Part shown: positions 1 to 7,572 of the stretch, piece by piece | Layout: every line of letters begins with the position of its first letter | How positions within the stretch are numbered: position 1 is the first letter of the stretch | Origin: Ruminococcus albus 7 = DSM 20455 | GTDB lineage: Bacteria; Bacillota; Clostridia; Oscillospirales; Ruminococcaceae | Direction of reading: 5' to 3' | DNA length: 32,000 nucleotides | Assembly (NCBI RefSeq): GCF_000179635.2 | Contig: NC_014825.1 | Coordinates: 120,001-152,000 of the forward strand | Notes under the pieces: model-generated | Seen by the model: the letters and a program-made list of their open reading frames with translations, nothing else | What the model was told of the DNA's origin: nothing | Database searches by the model: none | Program-made: the position numbers and the translations under genes

Positions 1-126
1 AGCCTCACGAAGCTCGGTAAGCGTTACGGAAAGAAGAAACTTGAAGCCGCCTGTGAGCGTATGCTGGCGTTCTCATCTTCGCCTTCGATACGCACGATAA
101 CAACGCTGCTGAAAAACAACAAAGAG
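1..126 (+). pseudogene. istA: IS21-family transposase IstA, C-terminal region, upstream piece (gene begins left of the window; split by the IS66 insertion)
   Basis: The frame is open from nt 1 (SLTKLGKRYGKKKLEAACERMLAFSSSPSIRTITTLLKNNKE). IstA-like sequence stops exactly at the IS66 end (127). The same frame resumes at 3964 once one TSD copy is removed. Confidence 0.65.
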
Positions 127-162
127 GTCCCCGCCCAACAACCCACCACCCACCAAAACACA

Positions 163-188
163 GATCCCCGAACTTCGGTTCGGGGATC
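163..188 (-). terminator. Stem-loop just downstream of tnpC (putative intrinsic terminator inside the IS66 end)
   Basis: Perfect 11-bp stem GATCCCCGAAC/GTTCGGGGATC with a 4-nt loop, 2 nt after the tnpC stop. On the minus strand it is followed by TGTGTTTTGG. Confidence 0.5.
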
Positions 189-190
189 AC

Positions 191-1786
191 TCATATTGCT
201 TTACAGATTTTCTGCACAGATTCGTTCCAAGGCAGGAGTTCTTCCAGAATATCCGGATTTGTCAGGAACGCCATGCTTGGCAGTACAGTGAGAAGCAGTT
301 CAAAATATTTGAACACATCAAGTCCGTTTGCCTTAGCAGTTTCAACGATGCTGTAGATATCAGCACTTGCTTTAGCTCCTTTAGGCGTGTCACTGAAAAG
401 CCAGTTTTTTCTGCCGACCGTAAAAGGTCTGATAGCATTTTCGGCGGCATTGTTCGAGATCGCACAGTCACCGTCTTTGAAGTAGTTTCCGAGAAATTCC
501 CGTCTCTTGAAAGCATATTCAAATGCCTTTCCAAGCTGCGTTTTCGGAAGAACTGTCGGTGCTATCTTTTCAGCCCATGACCAGAAAGCCTCAAACACAG
601 GCTTTTCCTGCGTCAGACGCTTATTAAAACGTTCTTCGGTTGTAAGTCTGTCAAGTTCCGCCTCTATCGCAAACAGCTTGTCGCAGAAGTCTCTGCCTGT
701 CCTGGCTATGCTGTCTTCGTTGTCCACGACAATGGCTTCGTGGAACTTTCTGCGAACATGAGCCCAGCAATTGCAGTGCGTGACTTTTGTGAGTTTGTTG
801 TAGCCCGCATAACCGTCTGTGTGAAGGTATCCGCTGAAGTCTCCGAGAAATGCTTTCGGCACATCTCCTGATCTCGATTTATTGTAATCATAGATCACTA
901 TCTGTCTTGCGGAAAGCTTGCCTGTGCGGTATCCCCACATATACTGCTTGCTGTTGTCGGAAACATCTTTTTCCCTGAGAACTTTGACGTAAGTCTCATC
1001 GCAGTGCAGAACTTTTTCTTTCAGCATTTCCTCTTTCAGTCTTGCGACAAATCGGCTGAAATAATCCTCGCTGCACCTGATGATCCAGTTTGCCATTGTT
1101 GTTCTTGAAAGCGCATATCCAAGGCGTTCCCAGTCCTTTTCCTGACGATACAGCGGCATTGCGTTGACATACTTCTGGTAGATCACCCATGATACTGTTG
1201 ATGCTGATGCAAGCGAATGCGGCAGCACAGGTGCAGGCACAAGTCCGTGAAGAAATACGGGCATATTCTTTTTCTCACATTTCTTGCAGCTGTATGTATT
1301 GCTGTAATACTTCTTTACGATCAGCTTTGCAGGTATCAGTTCAACTTCTTCACGAATGTATTTCTTGCCGATGGCCTTCATCTGTGAACCGCAGCGAGGG
1401 CATATCTGCTCGTTTTCCGGAACAGTGCAGGTGATGATCTCAGTATCGATATTCTTAATGATCTCATCACGCCTGGTCTTTGAGCTTTTTCTGACATAGC
1501 CCTTGACGGTCTTTTTTACAGGTTCTTCGGGATTTTCAGCGTATTCCTGTTCTGCTTCGTTGAAGAAGGATTGCTGTCCTTCGTCTACTGTATGCTCGCT
1601 CGATTTCCCGAATATTCGATGTTTGGAGAGTATCAGTGCTTCCAGGTAGATATGATTGTCCTTTCGGAGGCACTCATTCTCTACTTCTAATTTATCAATT
1701 TTCTTGTCACGTTTTTTGATCTCGTTTTCAAGCATAGCGATGTATTCTGCGTCAGTCATATTGCCTTTCTCTATCACCGTACTCAC
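191..1786 (-). CDS. tnpC: IS66-family transposase TnpC (ORF3)
   Basis: 531 aa. It has an N-terminal coiled-coil (EYIAMLENEIKKRDKKIDKLEVENECL), a zinc-finger pair CPRCG...CKKC, and core motifs HCDETY, LHTDGYAGY and CWAHVRRKF typical of IS66 TnpC. Confidence 0.92.
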   Translation of the reverse strand: MSTVIEKGNMTDAEYIAMLENEIKKRDKKIDKLEVENECLRKDNHIYLEALILSKHRIFGKSSEHTVDEGQQSFFNEAEQEYAENPEEPVKKTVKGYVRKSSKTRRDEIIKNIDTEIITCTVPENEQICPRCGSQMKAIGKKYIREEVELIPAKLIVKKYYSNTYSCKKCEKKNMPVFLHGLVPAPVLPHSLASASTVSWVIYQKYVNAMPLYRQEKDWERLGYALSRTTMANWIIRCSEDYFSRFVARLKEEMLKEKVLHCDETYVKVLREKDVSDNSKQYMWGYRTGKLSARQIVIYDYNKSRSGDVPKAFLGDFSGYLHTDGYAGYNKLTKVTHCNCWAHVRRKFHEAIVVDNEDSIARTGRDFCDKLFAIEAELDRLTTEERFNKRLTQEKPVFEAFWSWAEKIAPTVLPKTQLGKAFEYAFKRREFLGNYFKDGDCAISNNAAENAIRPFTVGRKNWLFSDTPKGAKASADIYSIVETAKANGLDVFKYFELLLTVLPSMAFLTNPDILEELLPWNESVQKICKAI

Positions 1787-1989
1787 CTCCGAAAACTCAA
1801 AATATCACTGTATACATTTTACCACAAAAAGCCCGAAAAGTCCAGCAAAACCGTACCTTTCGGGCATAGAAATATTGTCAACAATGATGTGCATTTTTTA
1901 TGTTGGATTTTCAGCATATCGAGCCTGTTTTTGCCGGTTTTATCGCTGTCTTCTGCTCGATCGACAGCCCTTTGATTATTTCGCCCCTT

Positions 1990-2099
1990 GGAACGCACCA
2001 ATCCGCAACAAGGAAAACGGTAATCCGAAACAAGGAACGCACCAATCCTAAACGAGGAACGCATCAATCCGCAGCAAGGAACGCACTTCCCGATGAGGT
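1990..2099. repeat. Five tandem 22-bp subterminal repeats (putative IstA binding sites) of the mini-IS21
   Basis: The units are GGAACGCACCAATCCGCAACAA, GGAAAACGGTAATCCGAAACAA, GGAACGCACCAATCCTAAACGA, GGAACGCATCAATCCGCAGCAA and GGAACGCACTTCCCGATGAGGT, head to tail, starting 17 nt from the element end. Confidence 0.85.
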
Positions 2100-2114
2100 C
2101 ATATCTGAATAAAT

Positions 2115-2173
2115 GTTTTCACTGCTTCCGCTGGGATGGAGCGAAGCGGAATGGATGCGGAAGCAGTGAAAAC
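2115..2173 (-). terminator. Long stem-loop downstream of the small ORF of the mini-IS21
   Basis: 17-bp perfect inverted repeat GTTTTCACTGCTTCCGC (2115-2131) / GCGGAAGCAGTGAAAAC (2157-2173) with a 25-nt loop. On the minus strand it is followed by ATTTATTC. A terminator function is inferred only. Confidence 0.4.
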
Positions 2174-2253
2174 GGCGGCGCGTCTCGCCGGTTCTCTCCG
2201 CAGTGAGCTCATCTGAAACTATCAGACAGGCTCATGCCAAATGCGAACGCTGC

Positions 2254-2448
2254 TCACATTTCAGGATAATCAATGTTATTTTTGTCCAAGATGGATCTGA
2301 GCTCGTCAATGTACGCATACAGCCTCTGAATCTCGATCCAGTTGCCGTGACAAAGGCGGTCAGCCTCTTCCAGTTCGTGGCGGGTCAGCTCATAATCCTC
2401 CCATTTCAGGCATTTATGATCCTTGCTGAAAGCGCAATAATCTTCCAT
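2254..2448 (-). CDS. Conserved 64-aa Cys/His-containing protein coupled to istB (uncharacterised third gene of this IS21 lineage)
   Basis: MEDYCAFSKDHKCLKWEDYELTRHELEEADRLCHGNWIEIQRLY... matches the ORF at 4820-5014 at 52 of 64 positions. Its start overlaps the upstream istB-like stop (TAATG). Confidence 0.7.
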   Translation of the reverse strand: MEDYCAFSKDHKCLKWEDYELTRHELEEADRLCHGNWIEIQRLYAYIDELRSILDKNNIDYPEM

Positions 2449-3071
2449 TATGACTCTGCCCCCTTTGCCTGCAATTCACGCATATTGATGTCACCGGAGT
2501 ACACCCACGCAGCAGTATGTACGATCCTGTCCATGATCGCATCGGCGTGGATACCACCGCCCAATCGGCTGTGCCAGTCTTCACGTTTGTACTGCGTGCA
2601 GAAAATCGTGGAAGTGCAGTCGTAACGGCGTTCGATCAGCTCAAAGATGAAGTGCTGTTCGCTCTCCGTCATGTCATTGAGCAGCCATTCGTCAAGGATC
2701 AGCAGACGGTAGCCGCTGAACTTTTTCAGGAGCTTGGCTCTGCCGTGTACATCAAGCGATGCCTCACTAAGTAGCTGCATCAGATCGGGAACACGGATAT
2801 ATCTTGTGCGGAACCCTTGCATACAAGCCTGCCTTCCGATAGCGCACGCAAGGTAGCTCTTACCGGAACCGGTGAACCCATTGAACACGACCGGCTGGTT
2901 CTTTTCAATAAAGCCGCAGTTTCCGAGCGTAAGGATCATATCTCTGTCCAGCCCGCGCTTTTCATAGTATACATTTACAAGCGCAGCATGCCTAGATGCT
3001 GCGATAGCTCTCTGCGACATATTTGCCTGCCGAAGCTCAAGAACGAGCTTCACATTGATCTTGTCCGCCAT
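2448..3071 (-). CDS. In-frame IstA(N-terminal HTH)-IstB(ATPase) fusion protein of the deleted IS21 element
   Basis: AAGGAGG lies 8 nt before the ATG at 3071. The N-terminus MADKINVKLVLELRQANMSQRAIAASRH looks like an IstA HTH. The rest aligns with IstB from about residue 75 (GFTGSGKSY Walker A, LLILDEW Walker B, IFCTQY). Confidence 0.75.
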   Translation of the reverse strand: MADKINVKLVLELRQANMSQRAIAASRHAALVNVYYEKRGLDRDMILTLGNCGFIEKNQPVVFNGFTGSGKSYLACAIGRQACMQGFRTRYIRVPDLMQLLSEASLDVHGRAKLLKKFSGYRLLILDEWLLNDMTESEQHFIFELIERRYDCTSTIFCTQYKREDWHSRLGGGIHADAIMDRIVHTAAWVYSGDINMRELQAKGAES

Positions 3072-3127
3072 ATTTATGGCCTCCTTCATGTATATTCGAG
3101 GCATAGCCTCTACCTATATTATACACG

Positions 3128-3224
3128 AAGTGCGTTCCTTGCGCGAATTACTGCGTTCCTTGTGCGGTTTGGCGTTTTCCTTGCCGTGGATCGATGTTTT
3201 CCTTCCGGCGGATTGATGTTTTCC
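3128..3224. repeat. Five 21-22-bp subterminal repeats at the other end of the mini-IS21 (inverted relative to 1990-2099)
   Basis: Revcomp reads GGAAAACATCAATCCGCCGGAA, GGAAAACATCGATCCACGGCAA, GGAAAACGCCAAACCGCACAA, GGAACGCAGTAATTCGCGCAA, GGAACGCACTT..., again starting 17 nt from the terminus. Confidence 0.85.
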
Positions 3225-3238
3225 GGAGCGCGGAATAA

Positions 3239-3541
3239 TCACCCTTCAAGCAGCCAACGGAATTCCTGCCTGGTTATCTGTTTTGCTTCATTTGAATCCC
3301 TTGGCCATTTGTACTTACCGTTCTCCAGGCGCTTGTACAGCAACACAAAACCGTCCTCCTCCCAGAGCAGAGCCTTGATGCGATCACAGCGTTTTCCGCA
3401 GAACAAAAACAAGCTCCCCGAGAACACGTCAAGCTGAAAATTCTGCTGAACGATAGCAGCCAGACCGTCTATTGCTTTGCGCATATCTGTATATCCGCAC
3501 ACGATGTAGACATGCTCTGCACGGCTTATATCTCCGATCAT
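3239..3541 (-). CDS. tnpB: IS66 TnpB (ORF2), C-terminally truncated by the mini-IS21 insertion
   Basis: 100 aa. VYIVCGYTDMRKAIDGLAAIV...LFLFCGKRCDRIKALLWEEDGFVLLYKRLE is the classic IS66 Orf2 pattern. The stop TGA is supplied by the inserted element terminus. Removing the insert restores ...RWLLEGLSIEQKTAIKPAKTGSIC, with the stop at 1911-1913. Confidence 0.9.
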   Translation of the reverse strand: MIGDISRAEHVYIVCGYTDMRKAIDGLAAIVQQNFQLDVFSGSLFLFCGKRCDRIKALLWEEDGFVLLYKRLENGKYKWPRDSNEAKQITRQEFRWLLEG

Positions 3542-3873
3542 CTCAGTACTCCCAGCAGCCGTCTGAGTGTAGATTCATTAAAATCATCAGGCAGAAATAT
3601 TTTCACATCACCTACGGATATTTCTATTTTCTCTGCTGTAATTTCTGTTCCTGCGATCGGTTCTACAGGTACTATGTCATGCTGTTCGATCTCATTACAT
3701 ACCGCCAGCCGCACTCTTTTCAGCCTGTAATAATATGTCTTGAGATTGATACCATTCTCCCTGCACCAGTCAGTTACGGTAAGCCCGCTTTCATTTCGCT
3801 GTCTGACCATTTCTGCCCACTTCGACAGTTTAACTTCCTTTTTTACCTTTGCTATCTCATTCATTCTGATCAT
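3538..3873 (-). CDS. tnpA: IS66 TnpA (ORF1), HTH protein
   Basis: 111 aa. It overlaps tnpB by 4 nt (ATGA). LSKWAEMVRQRNESGLTVTDWCRENGINLKTYYYRLKRV is the typical IS66 ORF1 HTH. Confidence 0.85.
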   Translation of the reverse strand: MIRMNEIAKVKKEVKLSKWAEMVRQRNESGLTVTDWCRENGINLKTYYYRLKRVRLAVCNEIEQHDIVPVEPIAGTEITAEKIEISVGDVKIFLPDDFNESTLRRLLGVLR

Positions 3874-3963
3874 CTCCTGTTAGACTTCCTTAGTTACTTC
3901 TAGTTTAGTCTATTTGGACTTCGTTGGATAGGGTGGGGGCTTTTTAGGCGGTTACACAAAGAG

Positions 3964-4056
3964 CCTGACAAGCCCACGGAAAAGACCGATGATAGAAACA
4001 AATATGGCATCACACGCGGTGCCGCCTACTGGAGAAAGGTAGGTGGCAGCAAATGA
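3964..4056 (+). pseudogene. istA: IstA C-terminal tail (continuation of 1-126 after the IS66 insertion)
   Basis: It is in frame with 1-126 across the insertion: [30 protein letters not shown]-stop. The TGA at 4054-4056 overlaps the istB ATG at 4053 (ATGA), the usual istA/istB coupling. Confidence 0.65.
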
Positions 4057-4820
4057 TCAACAGCACCATTGAGCGTTTGAGAGCCATGAAGATGAATTCG
4101 ATGGCTGCCGAGCTTGAACGTCAGCTTGAAGATGCCGACAGCTACAAACAGCTTGGTTTCGAGGATAGACTATCTTTGCTTGTTGATGCCGAATGGAACC
4201 GCAGGCAGAACAACAAGCTCGTAAGATACATCAGGAACGCTCATTTCTCCGATGCTAATGCAACCATTGAAGGTATTGAATACATTGAGGACAGACATCT
4301 CGACAAAGGCAAAATGCTTCGATTTGCGACCTGCAATTATGTTGACGAGGGCAGGCATATTATCCTTATGGGTGCATCAGGTAATGGCAAGACATATATT
4401 GCCTGCGCCCTTGGAAACGCAGCCTGCCGCAAGTTTAAGTCGGTGCGCTACATAAGACTTCCCGAGCTGCTTGATGAACTTTCTATTGCAAGAACAAACG
4501 GGGAATTTGCCAAGGTCATCAAGGCTTACAGGAAGGTTGATCTGCTGATCCTCGATGAATGGCTTATTCGCAAGCTTGCTCCGAATGATGCCTACAATCT
4601 GCTGGAGATCATCGAAGCAAGGATCGAAAAGTCGATGATTTTTTGCACACAGTACCATGCCGAGGGCTGGTACGAACGCATAAATCCCGATCCCGAAAAC
4701 GACAGTCCGATATCCGATGCGATAATCGACAGGATAATCAATACCGCATATCCGGTAATGATCGATGGTGAAATATCCATGAGAAAACGTCATGGGCTTC
4801 CGGAAGGAGCTGAACCGTGA
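4053..4820 (+). CDS. istB: IS21-family helper ATPase IstB
   Basis: 255 aa with Walker [10 protein letters not shown], Walker B LLILDEW, IFCTQY and DAIIDRI motifs, and an IstB-type N-terminal helical region ([19 protein letters not shown]). Confidence 0.92.
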   Translation: MINSTIERLRAMKMNSMAAELERQLEDADSYKQLGFEDRLSLLVDAEWNRRQNNKLVRYIRNAHFSDANATIEGIEYIEDRHLDKGKMLRFATCNYVDEGRHIILMGASGNGKTYIACALGNAACRKFKSVRYIRLPELLDELSIARTNGEFAKVIKAYRKVDLLILDEWLIRKLAPNDAYNLLEIIEARIEKSMIFCTQYHAEGWYERINPDPENDSPISDAIIDRIINTAYPVMIDGEISMRKRHGLPEGAEP

Positions 4821-5014
4821 TGAATGATTACTGTGCTTTCAGCAAGGATCACACGTGCCTGAAATGGGAGGATTATCTGCTCACCCGTCACGAGCTTGAA
4901 GAGGCTGATGATCTGTGTCATGGCAACTGGATAGAGATTCAGAGGCTGTATGAGTATATCGACCGGCTCAAGGCTATTCTTGATGAGAATGAGATAGACT
5001 ATCCAAAGATCTGA
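4820..5014 (+). CDS. Conserved 64/65-aa Cys/His-containing protein coupled to istB (paralogue of 2254-2448)
   Basis: The ATG at 4820 overlaps the istB stop (TGATG); a GTG at 4817 is also possible. [44 protein letters not shown]... is ~81% identical to the copy in the mini-IS21. Confidence 0.7.
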   Translation: MNDYCAFSKDHTCLKWEDYLLTRHELEEADDLCHGNWIEIQRLYEYIDRLKAILDENEIDYPKI

Positions 5015-5110
5015 TTAACTTTAACGGGGAGCCTGTCTGGTTTGATATAATCCCCTTAGAGTAGACACACGAAAAAACAAAAATCGTGAAAAACTCTAGG
5101 GGGTTATTTT

Positions 5111-5794
5111 ATGTCACGAAGAAAACTGACAGATGAAGAAAGAATTCAAGCAGTGCAAGAATATCTTTCAGGAAAAGGGAGCTATGCATCAATAGCCAAG
5201 AAATATGGGGTTACAAAAGAAACGTTTAGACAAATGGTAGTTTTCGCAAAAACAGATGGAATAGAATCGGTCAGGATCAGCCATACAAAGAAACGGTATT
5301 CAGCGAAAACTAAGTTGAAAGCAGTAACTGAATATCTTGACTGTAAAGGAAGTCAAGTAGAGATATGCCGAAAGTATCATATTTCATCCACAAGTGTTTT
5401 AAGAAAGTGGATTTCATGTTATAATAGCGGTAAGGACTTTAAAGAGCGCACACGCTCGGAAAGAGGAATTACCATGAACAAAGGCAGAAAAACAACACAG
5501 GAGGAACGTGCGGAGATCGTAGCGTTCTGCATTGAGAACGGCAAGGATTATGGGCTTGCGATGGAGAAATACGGCGTATCCTATCAGCAGATCTATTCCT
5601 GGGTACGCAAGTATGAAGCAAAAGGAGTGGAGGGACTCACAGACCGACGTGGCAAGGCAAAGTCGGAAGATGCGCTCACAGAAGCAGACAGGCTTCGTAT
5701 GGAAAACAAGATACTGCAAGCCAAGCTGAAAGATATGGAAATGGAGAATAAGCTGCTAAAAAAACTCAGGGAGCTTCAAGGGGGTGGTCACTGA
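5111..5794 (+). CDS. IS3-family OrfA (multi-HTH DNA-binding protein with C-terminal leucine zipper)
   Basis: 227 aa with repeated HTH segments (EYLSGKGSYASIAKKYGV, EYLDCKGSQVEICRKYHI, GKDYGLAMEKYGVSYQQIYSWVRKY) and a coiled coil ENKILQAKLKDMEMENKLLKKL. Confidence 0.88.
   Translation: MSRRKLTDEERIQAVQEYLSGKGSYASIAKKYGVTKETFRQMVVFAKTDGIESVRISHTKKRYSAKTKLKAVTEYLDCKGSQVEICRKYHISSTSVLRKWISCYNSGKDFKERTRSERGITMNKGRKTTQEERAEIVAFCIENGKDYGLAMEKYGVSYQQIYSWVRKYEAKGVEGLTDRRGKAKSEDALTEADRLRMENKILQAKLKDMEMENKLLKKLRELQGGGH
5758..5764 (+). promoter_or_regulatory. Programmed -1 ribosomal frameshift site (A7) joining orfA to orfB
   Basis: CTA AAA AAA CTC in the orfA frame. The -1 frame (orfB frame; 5836 = orfA frame minus 1) has no stop from 5758 to the orfB ATG. 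Confidence 0.7.
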
Positions 5795-5835
5795 GCGGAG
5801 TACGAAACGAGGACAAGTATATTGCGATCAGATAC

Positions 5836-6684
5836 ATGAATGAAGCAGAGCATTATCCGATTCAGAAGCTCTGTGCTGCTGTTCACGTCGCACGCTCTGC
5901 ATATTACAAATGGCTGAAAAGGAAGCAGAGTTTAAGCCAGAAAGTCAATGAACAGCTTGTAGAATGGATCAAACAACACTATGAAGAACGCAATGGTATC
6001 TTAGGGTACCGTCAGATGACAGTCGTAATCAACCGTGAGCATGACGTGCATTACAACAAGAAACGGATTTACAGATTAATGCAGATTCTTCATCTGAAAT
6101 CAGTCACCCGTGTCAAGAAGAATACATATATTCCGTCAACACCGCAGATCACAGCGGAGAATATTCTGAACAGAGATTTCCACGCAGATAAGCCGAATGA
6201 GAAGTGGCTCACCGATGTGACAGAGTTCAAATACTATGTCGGTTCGGTCATCAAGAAGTTGTATCTGAGTGCAATTCTGGATCTTTATGACAGACGCATC
6301 GTAGCTTACAAAATCGGTGACAGCAATAACAATCATCTTGTATTTTCCACATTTGACGAAGCGATAGAACACAATCCTGATGCCCACCCGATCTTCCACA
6401 GTGACAGAGGTTTTCAGTATACCAACAAAACATTTCACAAAAAACTTGTAGATGCAGGAATGATACAGAGTATGTCCCGAGTCGGAAGATGCATAGATAA
6501 CGGACCGATGGAAGGCTGGTGGGGCGTTCTGAAATCCGAGATGTACTACCTTCGTAAGTTTACAGATAAAACCAGTCTGATCGCAGCGATTGAAGAATAC
6601 ATCAGATACTACAACACTGGTCGGTATCAAATCAAACTGAACAGCATGACACCGATGGAGTTTCACCGGGCGTATGCTGCGTGA
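5836..6684 (+). CDS. IS3-family OrfB, DDE transposase catalytic domain (expressed as an OrfAB fusion)
   Basis: 282 aa with the DDE(35)E pattern WLTDVTEF ... HSDRGFQYT ... NGPMEGWWGVLKSE. Confidence 0.92.
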   Translation: MNEAEHYPIQKLCAAVHVARSAYYKWLKRKQSLSQKVNEQLVEWIKQHYEERNGILGYRQMTVVINREHDVHYNKKRIYRLMQILHLKSVTRVKKNTYIPSTPQITAENILNRDFHADKPNEKWLTDVTEFKYYVGSVIKKLYLSAILDLYDRRIVAYKIGDSNNNHLVFSTFDEAIEHNPDAHPIFHSDRGFQYTNKTFHKKLVDAGMIQSMSRVGRCIDNGPMEGWWGVLKSEMYYLRKFTDKTSLIAAIEEYIRYYNTGRYQIKLNSMTPMEFHRAYAA

Positions 6685-6695
6685 CCGGGCGCCGC

Positions 6696-6750
6696 GGCAT
6701 TTCACTTTCTTCGTTCGTCGCTACGCTCCTCACTACGAAAGTGAAATGCC
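6696..6750 (+). repeat. 14-bp perfect inverted repeat / stem-loop just 3' of orfB, inside the IS3 right arm
   Basis: GGCATTTCACTTTC (6696-6709) pairs with GAAAGTGAAATGCC (6737-6750), with a 27-nt loop. No T-tract follows, so the function is unclear. Confidence 0.5.
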
Positions 6751-6861
6751 AATTACTGCTAACAAATAGCAGCCTGCACATATTGCACAGACTGCTTTTG
6801 GTCACAACATAGAATATTTTTGTTTTTTACACTGTCTATTTGACAGGGGGCGGGTCAGTTA

Positions 6862-7263
6862 ATGGTTTCAGGCAGGCTCTTTTCTTGCCGGGCAGTGCCC
6901 GTGGGCAGTCAGCGGCGAGATGTGGCAAAATATCCGTGCAGCTGTGGCAGTGTGGGCGGTATATACAGTATTCTCGGATATTTCAGCCACATGGGTGCGG
7001 GCTCCATCACGTCGAATGTGAAGTCCGACAAGAAGAATGTTATAGTCCGTGACGGTAGCGAAAAAGTCGAGACAGGCATAAAGAAGTATGGTGCTATGAT
7101 AGGCGACTATGTTGAGGTAGGCTGTAATGCGGTATGCAATCCGGGTACTGTAATTGGTAGACATAGTAATGTTTATCCGACTTCCTGTGTAAGGGGCGTT
7201 GTGCCTGCTGATTCGATTTGGAAGGATAATGGGGAGATCATTCATAAAGAGGATAGGGATTAA
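6862..7263 (+). pseudogene. 5'-truncated left-handed beta-helix (hexapeptide-repeat) transferase fragment
   Basis: From about 6958 the frame reads ILGYFSHMGAGSITSNVKSDKKNVIV...GAMIGDYVEVGCNAVCNPGTVIGRHSNVYPTSCVRGVVPADSIW, typical of the C-terminal LbH part of sugar-nucleotidyl/acetyltransferases. The first ~30 codons are not LbH-like and abut the IS nest. The true junction is unresolved. Confidence 0.6.
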
Positions 7264-7411
7264 TTAAGATTCCTCATTTCTCCAATGAGAATATTTTGAG
7301 AAATTCACAAAAAAACATAAATGGCTCCCGTATCACGATGATTGGTGCGGGGTAGCTATTGTAGCATATCACACTAAATTTATCTGAATAATCAGTAACC
7401 TATCATGTATA

Positions 7412-7492
7412 GACCGCCTTATTTGTCAGGTTCCTATATATGTGAAACACCACGGTTGCGGGAGCATTCGCTGCCCTGACAAATATGCGGTC
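7412..7492. repeat. Imperfect 18/19-bp inverted repeat enclosing 44 bp, upstream of the 7573 promoter
   Basis: GACCGCCTTATTTGTCAGG (7412-7430) pairs with CCTGACAAATATGCGGTC (7475-7492) over 11 + 6 bp, with a small internal bulge. Confidence 0.6.
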
Positions 7493-7572
7493 AGCTTGAC
7501 CAATCAGAGTGCTTGTGCGACAAAATACGGTCATTTCCAGAGGAGAAATTGGGTGAGCAGTTTCATAAGCAG

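Larger units (their letters stand above)
1973..3241 (-). mobile_element. Internally deleted IS21-family element (mini-IS21) inserted into the 3' end of IS66 tnpB
   Basis: It has TG...CA termini. The ends TGATTATTTCGCCCCTTGGAACGCACCAATCCGC (1973->) and revcomp(3241->) TGATTATTCCGCGCTCCGGAAAACATCAATCCGC align. A 5-bp direct repeat CCCTT flanks it at 1968-1972 and 3242-3246. Both ends carry five 21-22-bp subterminal repeats, as in IS21-type elements. Confidence 0.85.
127..3955 (-). mobile_element. IS66-family insertion sequence (tnpA-tnpB-tnpC), itself interrupted between tnpB and tnpC
   Basis: Terminal IRs are GTCCCCGCCCAACAACCCACCACCC (127-151) and the revcomp of 3931-3955, GTAACCGCCTAAAAAGCCCCCACCC (19/25 match). 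A perfect 8-bp direct repeat ACAAAGAG flanks the element at 119-126 and 3956-3963. An 8-bp TSD is typical of IS66. Confidence 0.9.
5043..6857 (+). mobile_element. IS3-family insertion sequence (orfA/orfB with -1 frameshift), inserted in the right arm of the outer IS21
   Basis: It has TG...CA termini. The left end TGATATAATCCCCTTAGAGTAGACACACGAAAAAACAAAAAT aligns with the revcomp of the right end TGACCCGCCCCCTGTCAAATAGACAGTGTAAAAAACAAAAAT. A 3-bp direct repeat GTT flanks it at 5040-5042 and 6858-6860. IS21-homologous sequence (GAGCCTGTCTG..GTTTCAG) resumes after the insert. Confidence 0.85.

Noticed and set aside
17-23. GTAAGCG, the canonical IS66 terminal sequence, near the window start
   Set aside because: It lies inside the IstA-like reading frame and has no matching partner. 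The real IS66 ends (127 and 3955) are defined by aligned IRs and a perfect 8-bp TSD.
1990-2099. Regular 22-bp tandem repeats that could at first glance be taken for a CRISPR-like array
   Set aside because: The units abut each other with no spacers. An inverted copy of the array sits at the other end of a TG..CA-bounded, TSD-flanked element (3128-3224). This fits IS21-type subterminal transposase-binding repeats, not CRISPR.
1656-2112. Plus-strand ORFs of 131 and 70 aa across the tnpC start and the IS21 repeat block
   Set aside because: They cross element boundaries and the 22-bp repeat array, and their repetitive peptide (GTHQS...) simply mirrors the DNA repeats.
6840-7052. Alternative-frame 70-aa ORF at the start of the transferase remnant
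   Set aside because: Only the 6862 frame continues into recognisable hexapeptide-repeat sequence. This ORF is probably junction noise next to the IS.
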